A DNA stretch of 64,000 nucleotides from an uncultured Acidobacteriaceae bacterium (GCA_963838415.1 CAWIRB010000007.1:16621-80620), one strand, 5' to 3'; shown: positions 38,198 to 48,259, counted from the first letter of the stretch. Notes: generated by a model from the sequence alone, not told the origin. Made by a program: numbers and translations.

Positions 38198-38416
38198 CTA
38201 CGGACGGCGGCGATCCAGCTCAGCGCGCATCTGTTCCCACGGGATGGCTTGGGCTCGATCTTGATCGAGACTTGACAGCCGTCGGGCCAGTTCGGATTGT
38301 TGTGCTTCCGGCAGCGGAACATCGGTATCGCGCAAACTGTCCCAAAGCTGGCCAATTAGCACAAGCCGTTCTTCGGGGCTAAGCCGCGCGAGTTCGTCAG
38401 AACTAAGACTTCCCAT
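38198..38416 (-). CDS. putative addiction-module antitoxin
   Basis: ..LSPEERLVLIGQLWDSL... motif. The stop lies 2 nt before the toxin start. Confidence 0.65.
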   Translation of the reverse strand: MGSLSSDELARLSPEERLVLIGQLWDSLRDTDVPLPEAQQSELARRLSSLDQDRAQAIPWEQMRAELDRRRP

Positions 38417-38455
38417 GCCCTTTAAAGTACCTCTTTCCGATGCGTCAAACAACCA

Positions 38456-39193
38456 CTAAGCCGACACCCGCTTCAGCATCTCATTCGCCCGCCGAAACCA
38501 TGGCCGCTCGCGCCGCCGCAAGTAACCCGGCATGGTCGGCTTCTTATCCAGCACCTTCTGCGCCCACTCGCGAGCTTCGGCGTTGCGTCCCTCGGACGCC
38601 AGCAACTCCGCGAAATTCAAGTAAGTCTCCGACAACGTCGACGTGATCGTCACCTGCCGGAAGAGCGCCTCCGCCTTCTCCTTTTGTCCCGTCTGCGCAT
38701 ACCCGTGGGCGAGCAATCCGGCGCCGCGCTGGAAATCGTATTCCGGCTCTTTCCCAACCACCCGCTCCAGATCGGGCAATGCGGCCGCGGCATCGCCTGA
38801 AAGGATGGCGCAAACCCCGCGCCGGTAAAAGGGGTCCAGCGTATCGGCGCGCGCGGCAATCGCTTTGTCGAACGCGGCTCGCGCCAAATCAAACTTGCCG
38901 TCGTCCATGTAAAGGTCGCCAAGCTCTTCATAGTTCCCCGCCGACGGATTATCGCGAATCGCTGCTTCCAGTTCGCCAATGCGCTTGCGCCGCGGAAACA
39001 CCTTGAAAGACTGGCCCACCAGTCCAATGTCGGGAAGCGCCTCCACGAAAAGATACACAATCGCACCCAGCGGCCCAAGAAACAGGATGACAAAAATCCA
39101 ATACGTATCCGGCCGCCGCCGGATAAAGTGGACAATCGCCAGTCCCTGCAGGATGATGCCCCAGGGATATAGAACGTAGCTCAGGAATCCCAT
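38456..39193 (-). CDS. membrane-anchored TPR-repeat protein (PLDc_N-like N-terminal helices)
   Basis: N-terminal ..WIFVILFLGPLGAIVYLF.., then TPR-like helical repeats. Confidence 0.6.
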   Translation of the reverse strand: MGFLSYVLYPWGIILQGLAIVHFIRRRPDTYWIFVILFLGPLGAIVYLFVEALPDIGLVGQSFKVFPRRKRIGELEAAIRDNPSAGNYEELGDLYMDDGKFDLARAAFDKAIAARADTLDPFYRRGVCAILSGDAAAALPDLERVVGKEPEYDFQRGAGLLAHGYAQTGQKEKAEALFRQVTITSTLSETYLNFAELLASEGRNAEAREWAQKVLDKKPTMPGYLRRRERPWFRRANEMLKRVSA

Positions 39194-39310
39194 GCCCGTC
39201 TTTTCTCGAGTTTCAGCCCGAACTTGGCCTAGCGTGAGATTACACATTTGTGCAAGATGGAGAAAGTGGCCCGCGAGTAGCGGCGTGACTCAAAAGCGTC
39301 AGAAGGCATC

Positions 39311-39721
39311 ATGACGGAGAACATCATGACAAACGATGGCAGCAATCGCGACGACGAAGGGCAGATCCTGGCTCTGCACGAGGCTGGAGACAAAGCCCTG
39401 ATGAACGCGGATCTCAATGTGCTCGCGCGCATCTTCGCCGACGACTACGTGCAATACAACGAATCCGGCCAGGCCTTCACGAAACAGGACGTGCTGCGCA
39501 ATTTCCAGACGGGAGCGATTCGTTATCCCTCAATTGTTTCCACCGGACGCAAGATTCGCCTCTTCGGCGATACTGCGGTCGTCCACGGCTCGGAATCCGA
39601 CGAAGTAGAAGCCGACGGAAAGCGCTTCAGCGTGCGCTATGTTTATCTCGATGTGCTAATGAAGCGCGCTGGGGAGTGGAAGCTGGTCGCGTCCCAGTTG
39701 GCCCGTCCGATGGAAACTTGA
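39311..39721 (+). CDS. NTF2-like (DUF4440/SnoaL-like) protein
   Basis: Size and ..L..IFADDYV......G....K.......G......... pattern. Confidence 0.6.
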   Translation: MTENIMTNDGSNRDDEGQILALHEAGDKALMNADLNVLARIFADDYVQYNESGQAFTKQDVLRNFQTGAIRYPSIVSTGRKIRLFGDTAVVHGSESDEVEADGKRFSVRYVYLDVLMKRAGEWKLVASQLARPMET

Positions 39722-39758
39722 AATCGACGTTCCGATTTTCCCTGTGGCCCTCTCTGTC

Positions 39759-40388
39759 CTAGTTCTCGTCGACCCGCAACCGGTTCTGCCAGTGTGACCA
39801 TAGAAACCACCCCGCCCCGGCCACCAGCAAAACCCCGATGATCGCATCAAACTGGTGGAAGTATTTTCCCAACGAGCGCCAGTTCTCGCCAAGCTTCATG
39901 CCGAAATAAGCCAGCCCGAAACACCAGGGCCACGATCCCAGAAACGTGTAGATGTGGAATTTGCCGCGCGGCATCCGCGCGATCCCGGCCGGCAACGCGA
40001 TGAATGTACGGATCACCGGCAGCAACCGCGCAATAAACACGGCCATGTCTCCCCAGCGCACAAAGAAACGGTCGGCCCAATCCAGTTCGCGTCGTCCCAT
40101 CAAAATCCAGCGCCCGTAGCGCTCCACCAGCGGACGCCCGCCGTAGCACCCGATTTCATAGGCGACCAGTGAACCCAGATTGCATCCGATCGCGCCCGCC
40201 GTCGCTGCCCATACCAACTTCATCGCCCCGGTCGAGACGAGGTATCCCGCAAACGGCATGATCAATTCGGACGGCAGCGGAATGCACGCCGATTCGATCG
40301 CCATGAGCAAAGTGATCCCCGCGTACCCGGTCGCGGCCACCAGGGAATTGATGAATACAAAAAGTATGGTGAGAATTTTTTCGGTCAT
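39759..40388 (-). CDS. DedA-family membrane protein
   Basis: ..ESACIPLPSE(L/I)..PFAGYL.. signature, ~4-5 TM. Confidence 0.8.
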   Translation of the reverse strand: MTEKILTILFVFINSLVAATGYAGITLLMAIESACIPLPSELIMPFAGYLVSTGAMKLVWAATAGAIGCNLGSLVAYEIGCYGGRPLVERYGRWILMGRRELDWADRFFVRWGDMAVFIARLLPVIRTFIALPAGIARMPRGKFHIYTFLGSWPWCFGLAYFGMKLGENWRSLGKYFHQFDAIIGVLLVAGAGWFLWSHWQNRLRVDEN

Positions 40389-40425
40389 TCGAAAATCAGG
40401 CTATCATCGGATCATCCGACCCTCT

Positions 40426-40698
40426 CTAGAACGCCCCTTCCTGCGTGAAGCTGAAGCCGGGCAAGCTCACCCCCTCTGCCGACTTCGCGACCTTCACCTT
40501 CACGGAAGGCACGTTGGGAGCGTTGACTTCGGCCGGCCGCAGCACCGCATATTGGGTGAACACTTCGCTGTATACCTTGGTGACAAGATGATCCTTGCCG
40601 GTTGCATCCTGGCGCCACACCTGCCCGAGTTTAATGCTCTTCACCGCCACAAATTTTCCTTTAGTTCTCAGAGTACTAACCGACCGCCAACCCGTCAA
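40426..40698 (-). CDS. hypothetical small protein
   Basis: ORF only. Confidence 0.3.
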   Translation of the reverse strand: MTGWRSVSTLRTKGKFVAVKSIKLGQVWRQDATGKDHLVTKVYSEVFTQYAVLRPAEVNAPNVPSVKVKVAKSAEGVSLPGFSFTQEGAF

Positions 40699-40783
40699 TC
40701 GCAGCCGCGTTACTTTTCGGGATGCTCGCTCTGACGCGCGCCAGCAGCTTTGTTACCATGAATCCCTGCTCCGGAGGAGACCG

Positions 40784-41746
40784 ATGCCCCGCGGAAATAC
40801 GCCGCGTCAACCCAGTCGCAGCGGACGGCACGAAGGCGCGCGCCCAATGAATCGTGCGCTACTGCAGACTGGATCGACCAGGCGCACACCAGCCAGGAAT
40901 GCCGGCGCATATTCCGCCCCCGCCAAGTCGAAGGCCAAGCTTGCAGGAGCCCAGCTTTCAGGAGCAAAGATTGCAGGAGCCCAGCCTGCAGGAGCCAAGA
41001 TTGCAGGAGCCCAGTCTCCATCTCGCCCGGCCAACGCCGCCAGCCGCTCCTCGAAGCGCGTCTCGAAGTATGATCCTTTGGCCCCAGAGCGCGTTCGCCA
41101 GATCATCGCCGGTCTCGACCAGCTCTATCCCGACGCGACCTGTGCGCTCACTCACCACAGCGCCTGGGAACTCCTGGTCGCGACGATCCTCTCCGCCCAA
41201 TGCACCGACGTCCGCGTCAACATGGTCACGCCCCTGCTCTTTGAAAAGTATCCCACCGTGCAGGATTTCGCGGCCCTCGAGCCTGCGGATCTGGAACCAG
41301 ACATTCGCTCCACCGGCTTCTTTCGCAACAAGTCGAAGTCCGTGGTGGGCGCGGCCCGCAAGGTGGTTGCGGATTTTGACGGCCACGTTCCTCAAACCAT
41401 GCAGCAATTACTGACCCTCCCCGGCGTCGCGCGCAAAACCGCCAACGTCGTGCTCGGCACCTGGTTCAAAAAGAACGAAGGCGTAGTCGTGGATACCCAC
41501 GTGACCCGCATTTCACGGCGTCTGGAACTGACGAAACAGGAAGACCCGCGAAAAATCGAAGAAGATCTGATGCGGATTATTCCCCGCGAGCGCTGGACCG
41601 ATTTTTCTCACGAAGTGATCTGGCACGGCCGAAAGCTCTGCGTGGCCCGCAATCCAAAGTGTGCCGATTGCCCGCTCGAATCGCTATGTCACGCAGCGGA
41701 TAAGACTTGGTCCACGGTCGAGATCCACAAGCACGCGCAACCTTAG
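40784..41746 (+). CDS. nth: endonuclease III with ~110-aa low-complexity N-terminal extension
   Basis: HhH-GPD core (..LVATILSAQCTD..LPGVARKTANVVL..VDTHV..) and C-terminal 4Fe-4S CX6CX2CX5C. Alternative starts exist (40847). Confidence 0.85.
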   Translation: MPRGNTPRQPSRSGRHEGARPMNRALLQTGSTRRTPARNAGAYSAPAKSKAKLAGAQLSGAKIAGAQPAGAKIAGAQSPSRPANAASRSSKRVSKYDPLAPERVRQIIAGLDQLYPDATCALTHHSAWELLVATILSAQCTDVRVNMVTPLLFEKYPTVQDFAALEPADLEPDIRSTGFFRNKSKSVVGAARKVVADFDGHVPQTMQQLLTLPGVARKTANVVLGTWFKKNEGVVVDTHVTRISRRLELTKQEDPRKIEEDLMRIIPRERWTDFSHEVIWHGRKLCVARNPKCADCPLESLCHAADKTWSTVEIHKHAQP

Positions 41747-41818
41747 GTTTCGTTCGTAGGGAGGTTTGGTTGGTTTAGGAAGGTTTGGTTGGTTTAGGAA
41801 GGTCTGGTTCGTGCAGGA
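41746..41818 (+). repeat. ~19-bp tandem repeat (GGTTTGGTTGGTTTAGGAA), ~3.5 degenerate copies
   Basis: Read directly, immediately after the nth stop. Confidence 0.7.
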
Positions 41819-41861
41819 ACCGGCTCCTCGCCCGTCCAAGCCGAGGTCGGCTCGCCTTCCC

Positions 41862-43508
41862 TTAGCTGCCCGTGTACGCCAGTTCGACCACCGTGCAATC
41901 GTCGTTCAGCGGAGTGCCTCCGCAGAAATCGGCCACCGCCGTGAAAACATCCTCCATCGAAGCGCTCTTCCCGGCGACCAACTCGAGGCGTTCGCTATCG
42001 AACATGTCGCCGCGGGCGTTCTCCGCTTCCGTGACCCCATCGGTCACCAGAATCAACCGATCCCCCGGCCTCATCTGGCAACGGTCGCTCGAATAGGTCG
42101 CGTCCGCCAGCAAGCCAACCGGCAGGTTCCCATGGGCCGGCCGCAGTACTTCTTTACCGCAGATCCACACCGGCGGAACATGCCCGCAATTGACGTATTC
42201 CAGATCGCCGTCGCTGCGCAATCGCGTGATGATCATGGTCGCGTATTTTTCGCCAATATGTTTGTAGGTGAAGAACCGGTTCACCGCCGCCACAATCTCC
42301 ACCAGCGGCATCCCCGAAATCAGTTGCGAATAAACCATGCCTTGAAGAATCGAAGCCAGCAGCGCCGCCGAGACTCCCTTGCCGCTGACGTCGGCCAGAA
42401 CCACGGCCAGCCCATCCGGCGTATTCACCGCCTCGAAGAAATCGCCGCCGATTTCTTTACACGACATATTCCGGCCATTCACGCGCGCAAACGGAACCTC
42501 GGGCAGCGTCACCGCCAGCAGGCGCTGTTGAATCGAAGCCGCGATCCCCAGTTCCTGCTGGTAACGCCGCCCCGCTTCTTCGGCCTGCACCAGGCGCGCG
42601 TTCTCCACCAGTTGCGCCGCTTCTGTCGCGATCGCCCGCAGAATGTCGTGGCTCACACTGGTGATATCGCGCGACGCAAAGCGCGAATCGACATAGAGCG
42701 CCCCCATCACTTCTCCACCCGCCGGTTGATCGCCGCGGGTCGTTTGCACGATCGGCTTGCGCAACGGCATGCAGATCACCGTGCGCAGATCGAAGGCCAC
42801 GATGCTTTGCCGCTCCTTCACATCCAGCATCTGGCTGGTGTCGGTCACCAGGTATTCGGAGTTCGAAGTCAACGCGCCGTCCAGCACCGACCGCGAAATT
42901 GTCGTGTCGTCAAGCAGCGGTTCGCCTTTTGAGTTACGCCCCGCCGCCAGCGTCAAAGTCCCATCGCTGTCGCGCAGAAAAATATATCCGCGTTCGGCCC
43001 GGGTCAGCTTGAGCGTCGCATCCAGCAGCGTCACCAGAATCTCGTCCAGCACCCCGATCGTGTTCAGCTTGCGCGCCGCTTCCATGAACAGCGTCAGTTT
43101 TTCCAGATCGCTGGCCTCCGGCGCAATCTGAATGCCCGAAATCTGGCTCAGAAATTCGCGCGCCGTGTTCGAGGTCGTATGCAGCGGGTGGAAAATCAGA
43201 TAAGCCACATCGCGCGCGCCAAATTCCAGCCGGTCGTTGCGTTGCAGCTTGTGCCGGTCTACCTTCTCGCCATTGACGAACGTGCCATGCTTGCTGCCCA
43301 GATCGACCACAAAAAATTCGCCGTTCTCTGAAACAATCGATGCGTGCTCGCGCGACACCCGCGGATCGGCGATCACCAGGTCGCGATCCACTTTCCGCCC
43401 CACCGTATACGGCGTGTGGTTCAGCGACAGCGTCTGTTGATCGTTCCCCTGCACAAAGATCGCGATGGGAAAGATGCTGGATATACCCGAATGCGACGAA
43501 GCCGACAT
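41862..43508 (-). CDS. FHA-GAF-PP2C (SpoIIE-type) protein phosphatase
   Basis: FHA (YTVGR...VSREHA...DLGSKHGTFVNG), a middle GAF-like region, and a C-terminal PP2C (GDFF...DVSGKG...TDG..E). Confidence 0.8.
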   Translation of the reverse strand: MSASSHSGISSIFPIAIFVQGNDQQTLSLNHTPYTVGRKVDRDLVIADPRVSREHASIVSENGEFFVVDLGSKHGTFVNGEKVDRHKLQRNDRLEFGARDVAYLIFHPLHTTSNTAREFLSQISGIQIAPEASDLEKLTLFMEAARKLNTIGVLDEILVTLLDATLKLTRAERGYIFLRDSDGTLTLAAGRNSKGEPLLDDTTISRSVLDGALTSNSEYLVTDTSQMLDVKERQSIVAFDLRTVICMPLRKPIVQTTRGDQPAGGEVMGALYVDSRFASRDITSVSHDILRAIATEAAQLVENARLVQAEEAGRRYQQELGIAASIQQRLLAVTLPEVPFARVNGRNMSCKEIGGDFFEAVNTPDGLAVVLADVSGKGVSAALLASILQGMVYSQLISGMPLVEIVAAVNRFFTYKHIGEKYATMIITRLRSDGDLEYVNCGHVPPVWICGKEVLRPAHGNLPVGLLADATYSSDRCQMRPGDRLILVTDGVTEAENARGDMFDSERLELVAGKSASMEDVFTAVADFCGGTPLNDDCTVVELAYTGS

Positions 43509-43569
43509 TTACGCTGCGCTCTCCTGCGGCCCTTCATGCCAGCCACCCGGCGCGGGCCCCCTCAGCATT

Positions 43570-44901
43570 CTACGACGAGCCCGCCATTGCTGGCGCTGTA
43601 AAAGTCCTCCGGTAATTATGAATCAGCATCAGGGCAGCCACTCCCACTGGAATCTGTGGGACCGTCCATAGAGGTAATGCCCAGTATCGTTCGACCGTTT
43701 CCTGCCGCAAAATGAAAGAAAAACCTGCCAGCACCACGCTCGCAAACCACGGCCACACCAGTAACAACGTGACCACCATCAGCAGGCTGCGGCTGATGAA
43801 ATTCCGCGCCCACATCGTCCGCCAATCCCGCGCAATCAACAGAACTGCTGGCAGCAGCAGCACTTGATTGTAGAGAGCAAACTTAGGTACCGTGAGTACG
43901 CTTAGCGACAGTACAAGACAAGTCAGCCCTTGGAATACTGCCGCATCTTCCGCCGCCTTCAACTGCTTAAAGCAAATGAACCCGACCATCACCGCGAACC
44001 CCACCTCCACCACTCTGCCCCAGGGGTCCGGGAGCATGGCCTCCAGCATCGGGATCGCTTGCGCGTATTGCCGGTAAGCCACCGCCGCGTGCCAAAAGCG
44101 CTCCATCCAGTGCCGCAGAAGCCACTCCGAAGCGCCACCGAGAACAGCCGTGGTGACTGCGAATGCAGCACCCCAGCGGTAGCGCCGCTTCAGATCGCCC
44201 AGGCTCCACCAGACAAGCCACAACAGCAGCGGAAGCACGAGTTGAGGCTTGATCGTCGCCAGCGAAAGCAGAATACCGCCTGCAATCGGACGGCCTCCCA
44301 CCAGCAACGCCAGCGCCGCCGCGCCCAGCGCCGCCACCACCAAAGTCAGTTGCTGGAGTTTCAAAGCCTGTAGCACCGGCAAACTGCCCAGCGTCAAGAC
44401 CACCACGGCGAACTGAACCGGAACCGCCGCCGTCCAGCCCAGGAAGCGAAGCCAGAGAAAAATGCTGGCCGCCGTGATGCCTGCCAGAATCCAGAAAAAT
44501 GCAGCTTGCACCATGCCAAAACTAAGATGCACCGTAGGCGCCAGATAAAAAACGACGTACAGTGGATAAGCGAATGCTTGCTGGTCGATCGGATCCCCCG
44601 CCCGCGAAGCATCCAGCGCGCGCCCATAATATCCGGCTTGAATTTCCCGCGTTACTCCGGCGCTATACGGATCCCGCCCACGCAGCAGCAGTTCCCGCGC
44701 CCCCAGCCAGCGCGGATAGAGATCGGAAAGATTTCCGCGCGGAGTGCCGCGCACCCCTGCATCGGAAATCTGGTGCGGAATCAACACACGATGGGCATAG
44801 GTCCAGGTGCCAACCGCGCATACAATTGCCAGCCCCGGCAAAATCAACGTCACTCGCAGGATTCGAAACTGGAGCCAGGGCGCAGCCCGCGCGGTCTTCA
44901 T
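43570..44901 (-). CDS. polytopic membrane glycosyltransferase-like protein (GT87/DUF2029-like)
   Basis: >10 predicted TM segments and a ..FAYPLYVVF.. loop motif. ATGA overlap with the upstream paralogue. Confidence 0.55.
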   Translation of the reverse strand: MKTARAAPWLQFRILRVTLILPGLAIVCAVGTWTYAHRVLIPHQISDAGVRGTPRGNLSDLYPRWLGARELLLRGRDPYSAGVTREIQAGYYGRALDASRAGDPIDQQAFAYPLYVVFYLAPTVHLSFGMVQAAFFWILAGITAASIFLWLRFLGWTAAVPVQFAVVVLTLGSLPVLQALKLQQLTLVVAALGAAALALLVGGRPIAGGILLSLATIKPQLVLPLLLWLVWWSLGDLKRRYRWGAAFAVTTAVLGGASEWLLRHWMERFWHAAVAYRQYAQAIPMLEAMLPDPWGRVVEVGFAVMVGFICFKQLKAAEDAAVFQGLTCLVLSLSVLTVPKFALYNQVLLLPAVLLIARDWRTMWARNFISRSLLMVVTLLLVWPWFASVVLAGFSFILRQETVERYWALPLWTVPQIPVGVAALMLIHNYRRTFTAPAMAGSS

Positions 44902-46157
44902 CGTCGCCCGGGTCCTCTCATCGCCGGCCTGCTTCTCTCCCCCCCTGCCTCTGCCCCGGCTTGGCGCAACCGGCGTGCTATGGCGATACCAACCGCCAAC
45001 ACCGGCACCGTCATCAGGCACTCCGCCTTGAGTTGAATTCGAGCAAACCAGTACAAAGGAGTGAGCAGCAACAACAGGAATCCCACTGTCTCGAGAAGCC
45101 GATCCGTCCGATCTGCGTCCGGAGTCTCCGCACTGCTGCGTATCGCAAGCAACGGAACCAGAAGCGAGAGCAGATCATATTCATAAGCGTAATAACTGGT
45201 GACAATAGCCGCCATCAGCCCCAGCCCAAAACCCTCCGCCAGAAAGCGATCTCCCGCTTTTCGCCACAAAACTCCCGCATACCCGATGGCTGCGAGCGCC
45301 ACTGGCGCCAGCGCCCAATGGATGCGTCCAGGATAAGGAATGCGTCCCACCACAAAGATGAGCAGCCCCCGCAGATTCATCTGATTTTCCGGCGTGATCA
45401 ATCCCACGCCCGTTGCCTGGTTCAAAGCCAGCAAATCGCGGGGATACTCCAACAATCCCCTCCACCCCACGATCCCAGCCGAAACCAGCACCACCGCGAT
45501 CGCGGACATCGCGAAACCAGGCAACACCCTCCGGCGCCCTGCAATCCACAGCACCATCGCGAAAGGGATCACCAACTGGAACTTGAACAACGCCAGCCCT
45601 AGAGTCAAACCCGCGCCCACATCCCGGTCGGTGGCCAGTTGCCAGTAACAAATCGCGAACAGAAAGGCCAGCAGCGGTGCGTCCTGCCCCAGAAGCAGAT
45701 CCATAAATTCGGGAAATGTCCCTAGAGTAAGCAGACCCACTGCCCACAGTGGAATGGTTTCTTTCCATGATCCGCTCCGCACCACCACGAACGGAATCGC
45801 CATCAGAAGCGCTAGCTTGAAGACAGTCCAGACCAACAGTGCCTTAACGTACGGCCACCGCGCGAACTCGGTAAAGAGCATGGCTTCGAAAGGAGGCCGT
45901 ATGTATGGCAGCGGGCCTTGGCGAATTTCCACTTCCGAGGCGAATTCCTGCTGTACCTTCCACTGCGCCTTGTGATCGTAGAGTTTCGGCCCCAGTCCTC
46001 TGCCAACCAGCGTCCCCGCCGTGTAGAACGACGCGAAATCGCTGTAGCCACGCCGTATCTCGCTGCGCGTGTTCCACAGAATTACGCCGTTCACAATCGC
46101 CATCCAGACAAGCGCGGTGGCCAGCAGCCAACTCCGCAGTCTGGGTGTGCCAGGCAT
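44898..46157 (-). CDS. polytopic membrane glycosyltransferase-like protein (GT87/DUF2029-like)
   Basis: Multi-TM, with ..YIRPPFEAMLF.. loop motif. Confidence 0.55.
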   Translation of the reverse strand: MPGTPRLRSWLLATALVWMAIVNGVILWNTRSEIRRGYSDFASFYTAGTLVGRGLGPKLYDHKAQWKVQQEFASEVEIRQGPLPYIRPPFEAMLFTEFARWPYVKALLVWTVFKLALLMAIPFVVVRSGSWKETIPLWAVGLLTLGTFPEFMDLLLGQDAPLLAFLFAICYWQLATDRDVGAGLTLGLALFKFQLVIPFAMVLWIAGRRRVLPGFAMSAIAVVLVSAGIVGWRGLLEYPRDLLALNQATGVGLITPENQMNLRGLLIFVVGRIPYPGRIHWALAPVALAAIGYAGVLWRKAGDRFLAEGFGLGLMAAIVTSYYAYEYDLLSLLVPLLAIRSSAETPDADRTDRLLETVGFLLLLLTPLYWFARIQLKAECLMTVPVLAVGIAIARRLRQAGAEAGGERSRPAMRGPGRR

Positions 46158-46345
46158 GATCGATTGGAATGCTTATTCTATCCACATTCGCGAGTTTTCC
46201 CAGCTCCAACAATTGCCCGCCCGACCGGCACGCGCATTCTATATTCGCCACCCACCGTCGTCACCATCAACCGGGTGCTGTACATATTAGCTGTACTTAT
46301 CAGCTGTCCAGTATTAAAAGATACACACGAGCGTCATCGCCCCAC

Positions 46346-47980
46346 ATGCAAGCAATACTCCAAGCGCTGCGCAACCCTCGGAACACGTTCGCCGCCGTCC
46401 TCTTCTTCGGCCTGCTGGCGCTCACCGCGCGCAACGCCACCGATCCCGATCTCTGGTGGCATCTGCGCACCGGGCAGTGGATCGTCGAAACCGGACACGT
46501 CCCTCACTTCGACCCGTTTTCCTTCACTCGCGCCGGACACGCCTGGGTCTCCCATGAATGGCTGTCGGAGATCGTCTTTTACCAACTCTGGAAATACGGC
46601 GGCGCCGCCGCTCTGATCGTATTCTCCGCCATGGTTACGACGGCCGGCTTCATGTTCCTCTATCTCCGCTGTACTTACGCCGGAGCAAAGCTACCTTGGG
46701 CCGCCGCCATCACCGCCTGCGGCGCTTTCGCTGCCGCTCCTTCATGGGGCGTCCGGCCCCAGATGTTCACCATCACGCTCGCCAGCCTGCTGCTATGGCT
46801 GATCGCCGTCGGCGAGCATCGCCCCAGGATCCTGTTCTGGATACCGCCTCTGTTTCTTCTCTGGCTCAACCTCCACGCCGGATTCGCCCTCGGCCCCGCG
46901 CTCCTCCTGGCCTATGGCGGCGGCCTCCTGTTGGAAACCGCCTTGGGCAATACGCCGTGGCACCAGGCTCGTCCCAACCTTCTGCGCGTGCTGCTGCTTC
47001 TCATCGTTTGTCTGGCGCTCGTACCCCTCAACCCCAGCGGCACTCAACTCTATCGTTATCCCTTCGACACCGTGCGATCGCAAGGCATGCGGTCTTTGAT
47101 CAGCGAGTGGCGCTCACCCGACTTTCACGGATGGCTCTATCGCCCTCTGTTACTGACATGGCTCCTGCTCCTAACCGCCCTCGCAACTGGATTGTCTCGA
47201 AGCGCCGCCCTACTCCCCTTCTACAGACCAAGCCCCTTCCCCCATCGCAACGATCACTCCCGGCCCATAGGCCGCGTGATCGTGCCCTTGCTCCTTACCG
47301 CTTTCGCCGCCCTCGACGCAGCTCGACACATTCCAATCTTCCTGCTCACCGCCGTACCGGTCATCGCGACCGCTCTCCCCAGCGCCTCTCCGTCCATGGC
47401 GTTCTTACCACGCCGCTCAACCTCGTCCTTTCGGCCGCTTTTCCATGCTGCCATTCTCCTCTTGATGGCTGCGTTTGCGCTCACACGGTGGGTCAGTCTC
47501 GCGCGCACCCAGGATGTCCGCGTGGCTCAGAAATTTCCCGAACCCGCCGTCGCCTTCCTGCGCGCCGGACATTATCCCCAGAGGATCTTCGTCTATTACG
47601 ACTGGGGAGGCTATGCCATCTGGAAGCTTTATCCCGCCTATAAAGTGTTTGCCGACGGTCGCGCCGACCTCTATGGGGACGAACTTCTCCGCCAGTCGAT
47701 CAAAACCGTTTTGCAGCTCCAACCCGGCTGGCAAGCCGTCCTCGACCGCTGGCAGGTCGAGTCTGTTCTCGTCCCCTCCACCTGCGCCCTCGCTCAGGCC
47801 CTCGCCCTCGACCCCAATTGGCATGTTGCATTTACCGACTCCCAGGCGATTATCCTCTTTCGAACCCATTCCCCCCGCCAAAATGCTGCCTTTTTCAGCT
47901 ATCCACCGGAAGCGCCGCAAGTCATTGCCAAGATACCCCAAAAAATGTTTCCCAGAGCCGTCCCGAATCTGCGAAACTAG
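46346..47980 (+). CDS. large polytopic membrane protein (GT-C-like, unassigned)
   Basis: ~12 TM followed by a soluble C-terminal domain. N-terminal DPDLWWHLRTG motif. Start chosen at Met 46346. Confidence 0.5.
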   Translation: MQAILQALRNPRNTFAAVLFFGLLALTARNATDPDLWWHLRTGQWIVETGHVPHFDPFSFTRAGHAWVSHEWLSEIVFYQLWKYGGAAALIVFSAMVTTAGFMFLYLRCTYAGAKLPWAAAITACGAFAAAPSWGVRPQMFTITLASLLLWLIAVGEHRPRILFWIPPLFLLWLNLHAGFALGPALLLAYGGGLLLETALGNTPWHQARPNLLRVLLLLIVCLALVPLNPSGTQLYRYPFDTVRSQGMRSLISEWRSPDFHGWLYRPLLLTWLLLLTALATGLSRSAALLPFYRPSPFPHRNDHSRPIGRVIVPLLLTAFAALDAARHIPIFLLTAVPVIATALPSASPSMAFLPRRSTSSFRPLFHAAILLLMAAFALTRWVSLARTQDVRVAQKFPEPAVAFLRAGHYPQRIFVYYDWGGYAIWKLYPAYKVFADGRADLYGDELLRQSIKTVLQLQPGWQAVLDRWQVESVLVPSTCALAQALALDPNWHVAFTDSQAIILFRTHSPRQNAAFFSYPPEAPQVIAKIPQKMFPRAVPNLRN

Positions 47981-48049
47981 GCGCATCGGGACTCGTCCCA
48001 TTGCTGGTGCCAGGCTGAGTGTCCAGCTCAAAATCTCGAAGGAGTTCGT

Positions 48050-48220
48050 ATGACTGATTTGGCTAAACTATTGTGGCGCAATGACGAAGGGCAGGATATC
48101 GCAGAATACGCCGTTATGCTGGCCGTAATACTCGTGATCGTGATCGGCACCGTCCGTCTGATCGGCTCCAACGCGAACAACGTGTTCTCGTCGGTCGCCA
48201 GCCAGATCGGTACGCAGTAG
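48050..48220 (+). CDS. flp: Flp-family type IVb pilin (56 aa; below the ORF-track cutoff)
   Basis: MTDLAKLLWRNDEG/QDIAEYAVMLAVILVIVIG matches the G/xxxxEY processing motif. GGAG lies 6 nt upstream of the ATG. Confidence 0.8.
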   Translation: MTDLAKLLWRNDEGQDIAEYAVMLAVILVIVIGTVRLIGSNANNVFSSVASQIGTQ

Positions 48221-48259
48221 CCGCGGCAGAATTACCTCGTGCGTGCCTGCTTCATAATA

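Noticed and set aside
47990-48049. Possible sigma-54 promoter (CTGGTGCCAGGCTGAGTG) upstream of flp
   Set aside because: It does not fit TGGCAC-N5-TTGCW in either spacing or the -12 element.
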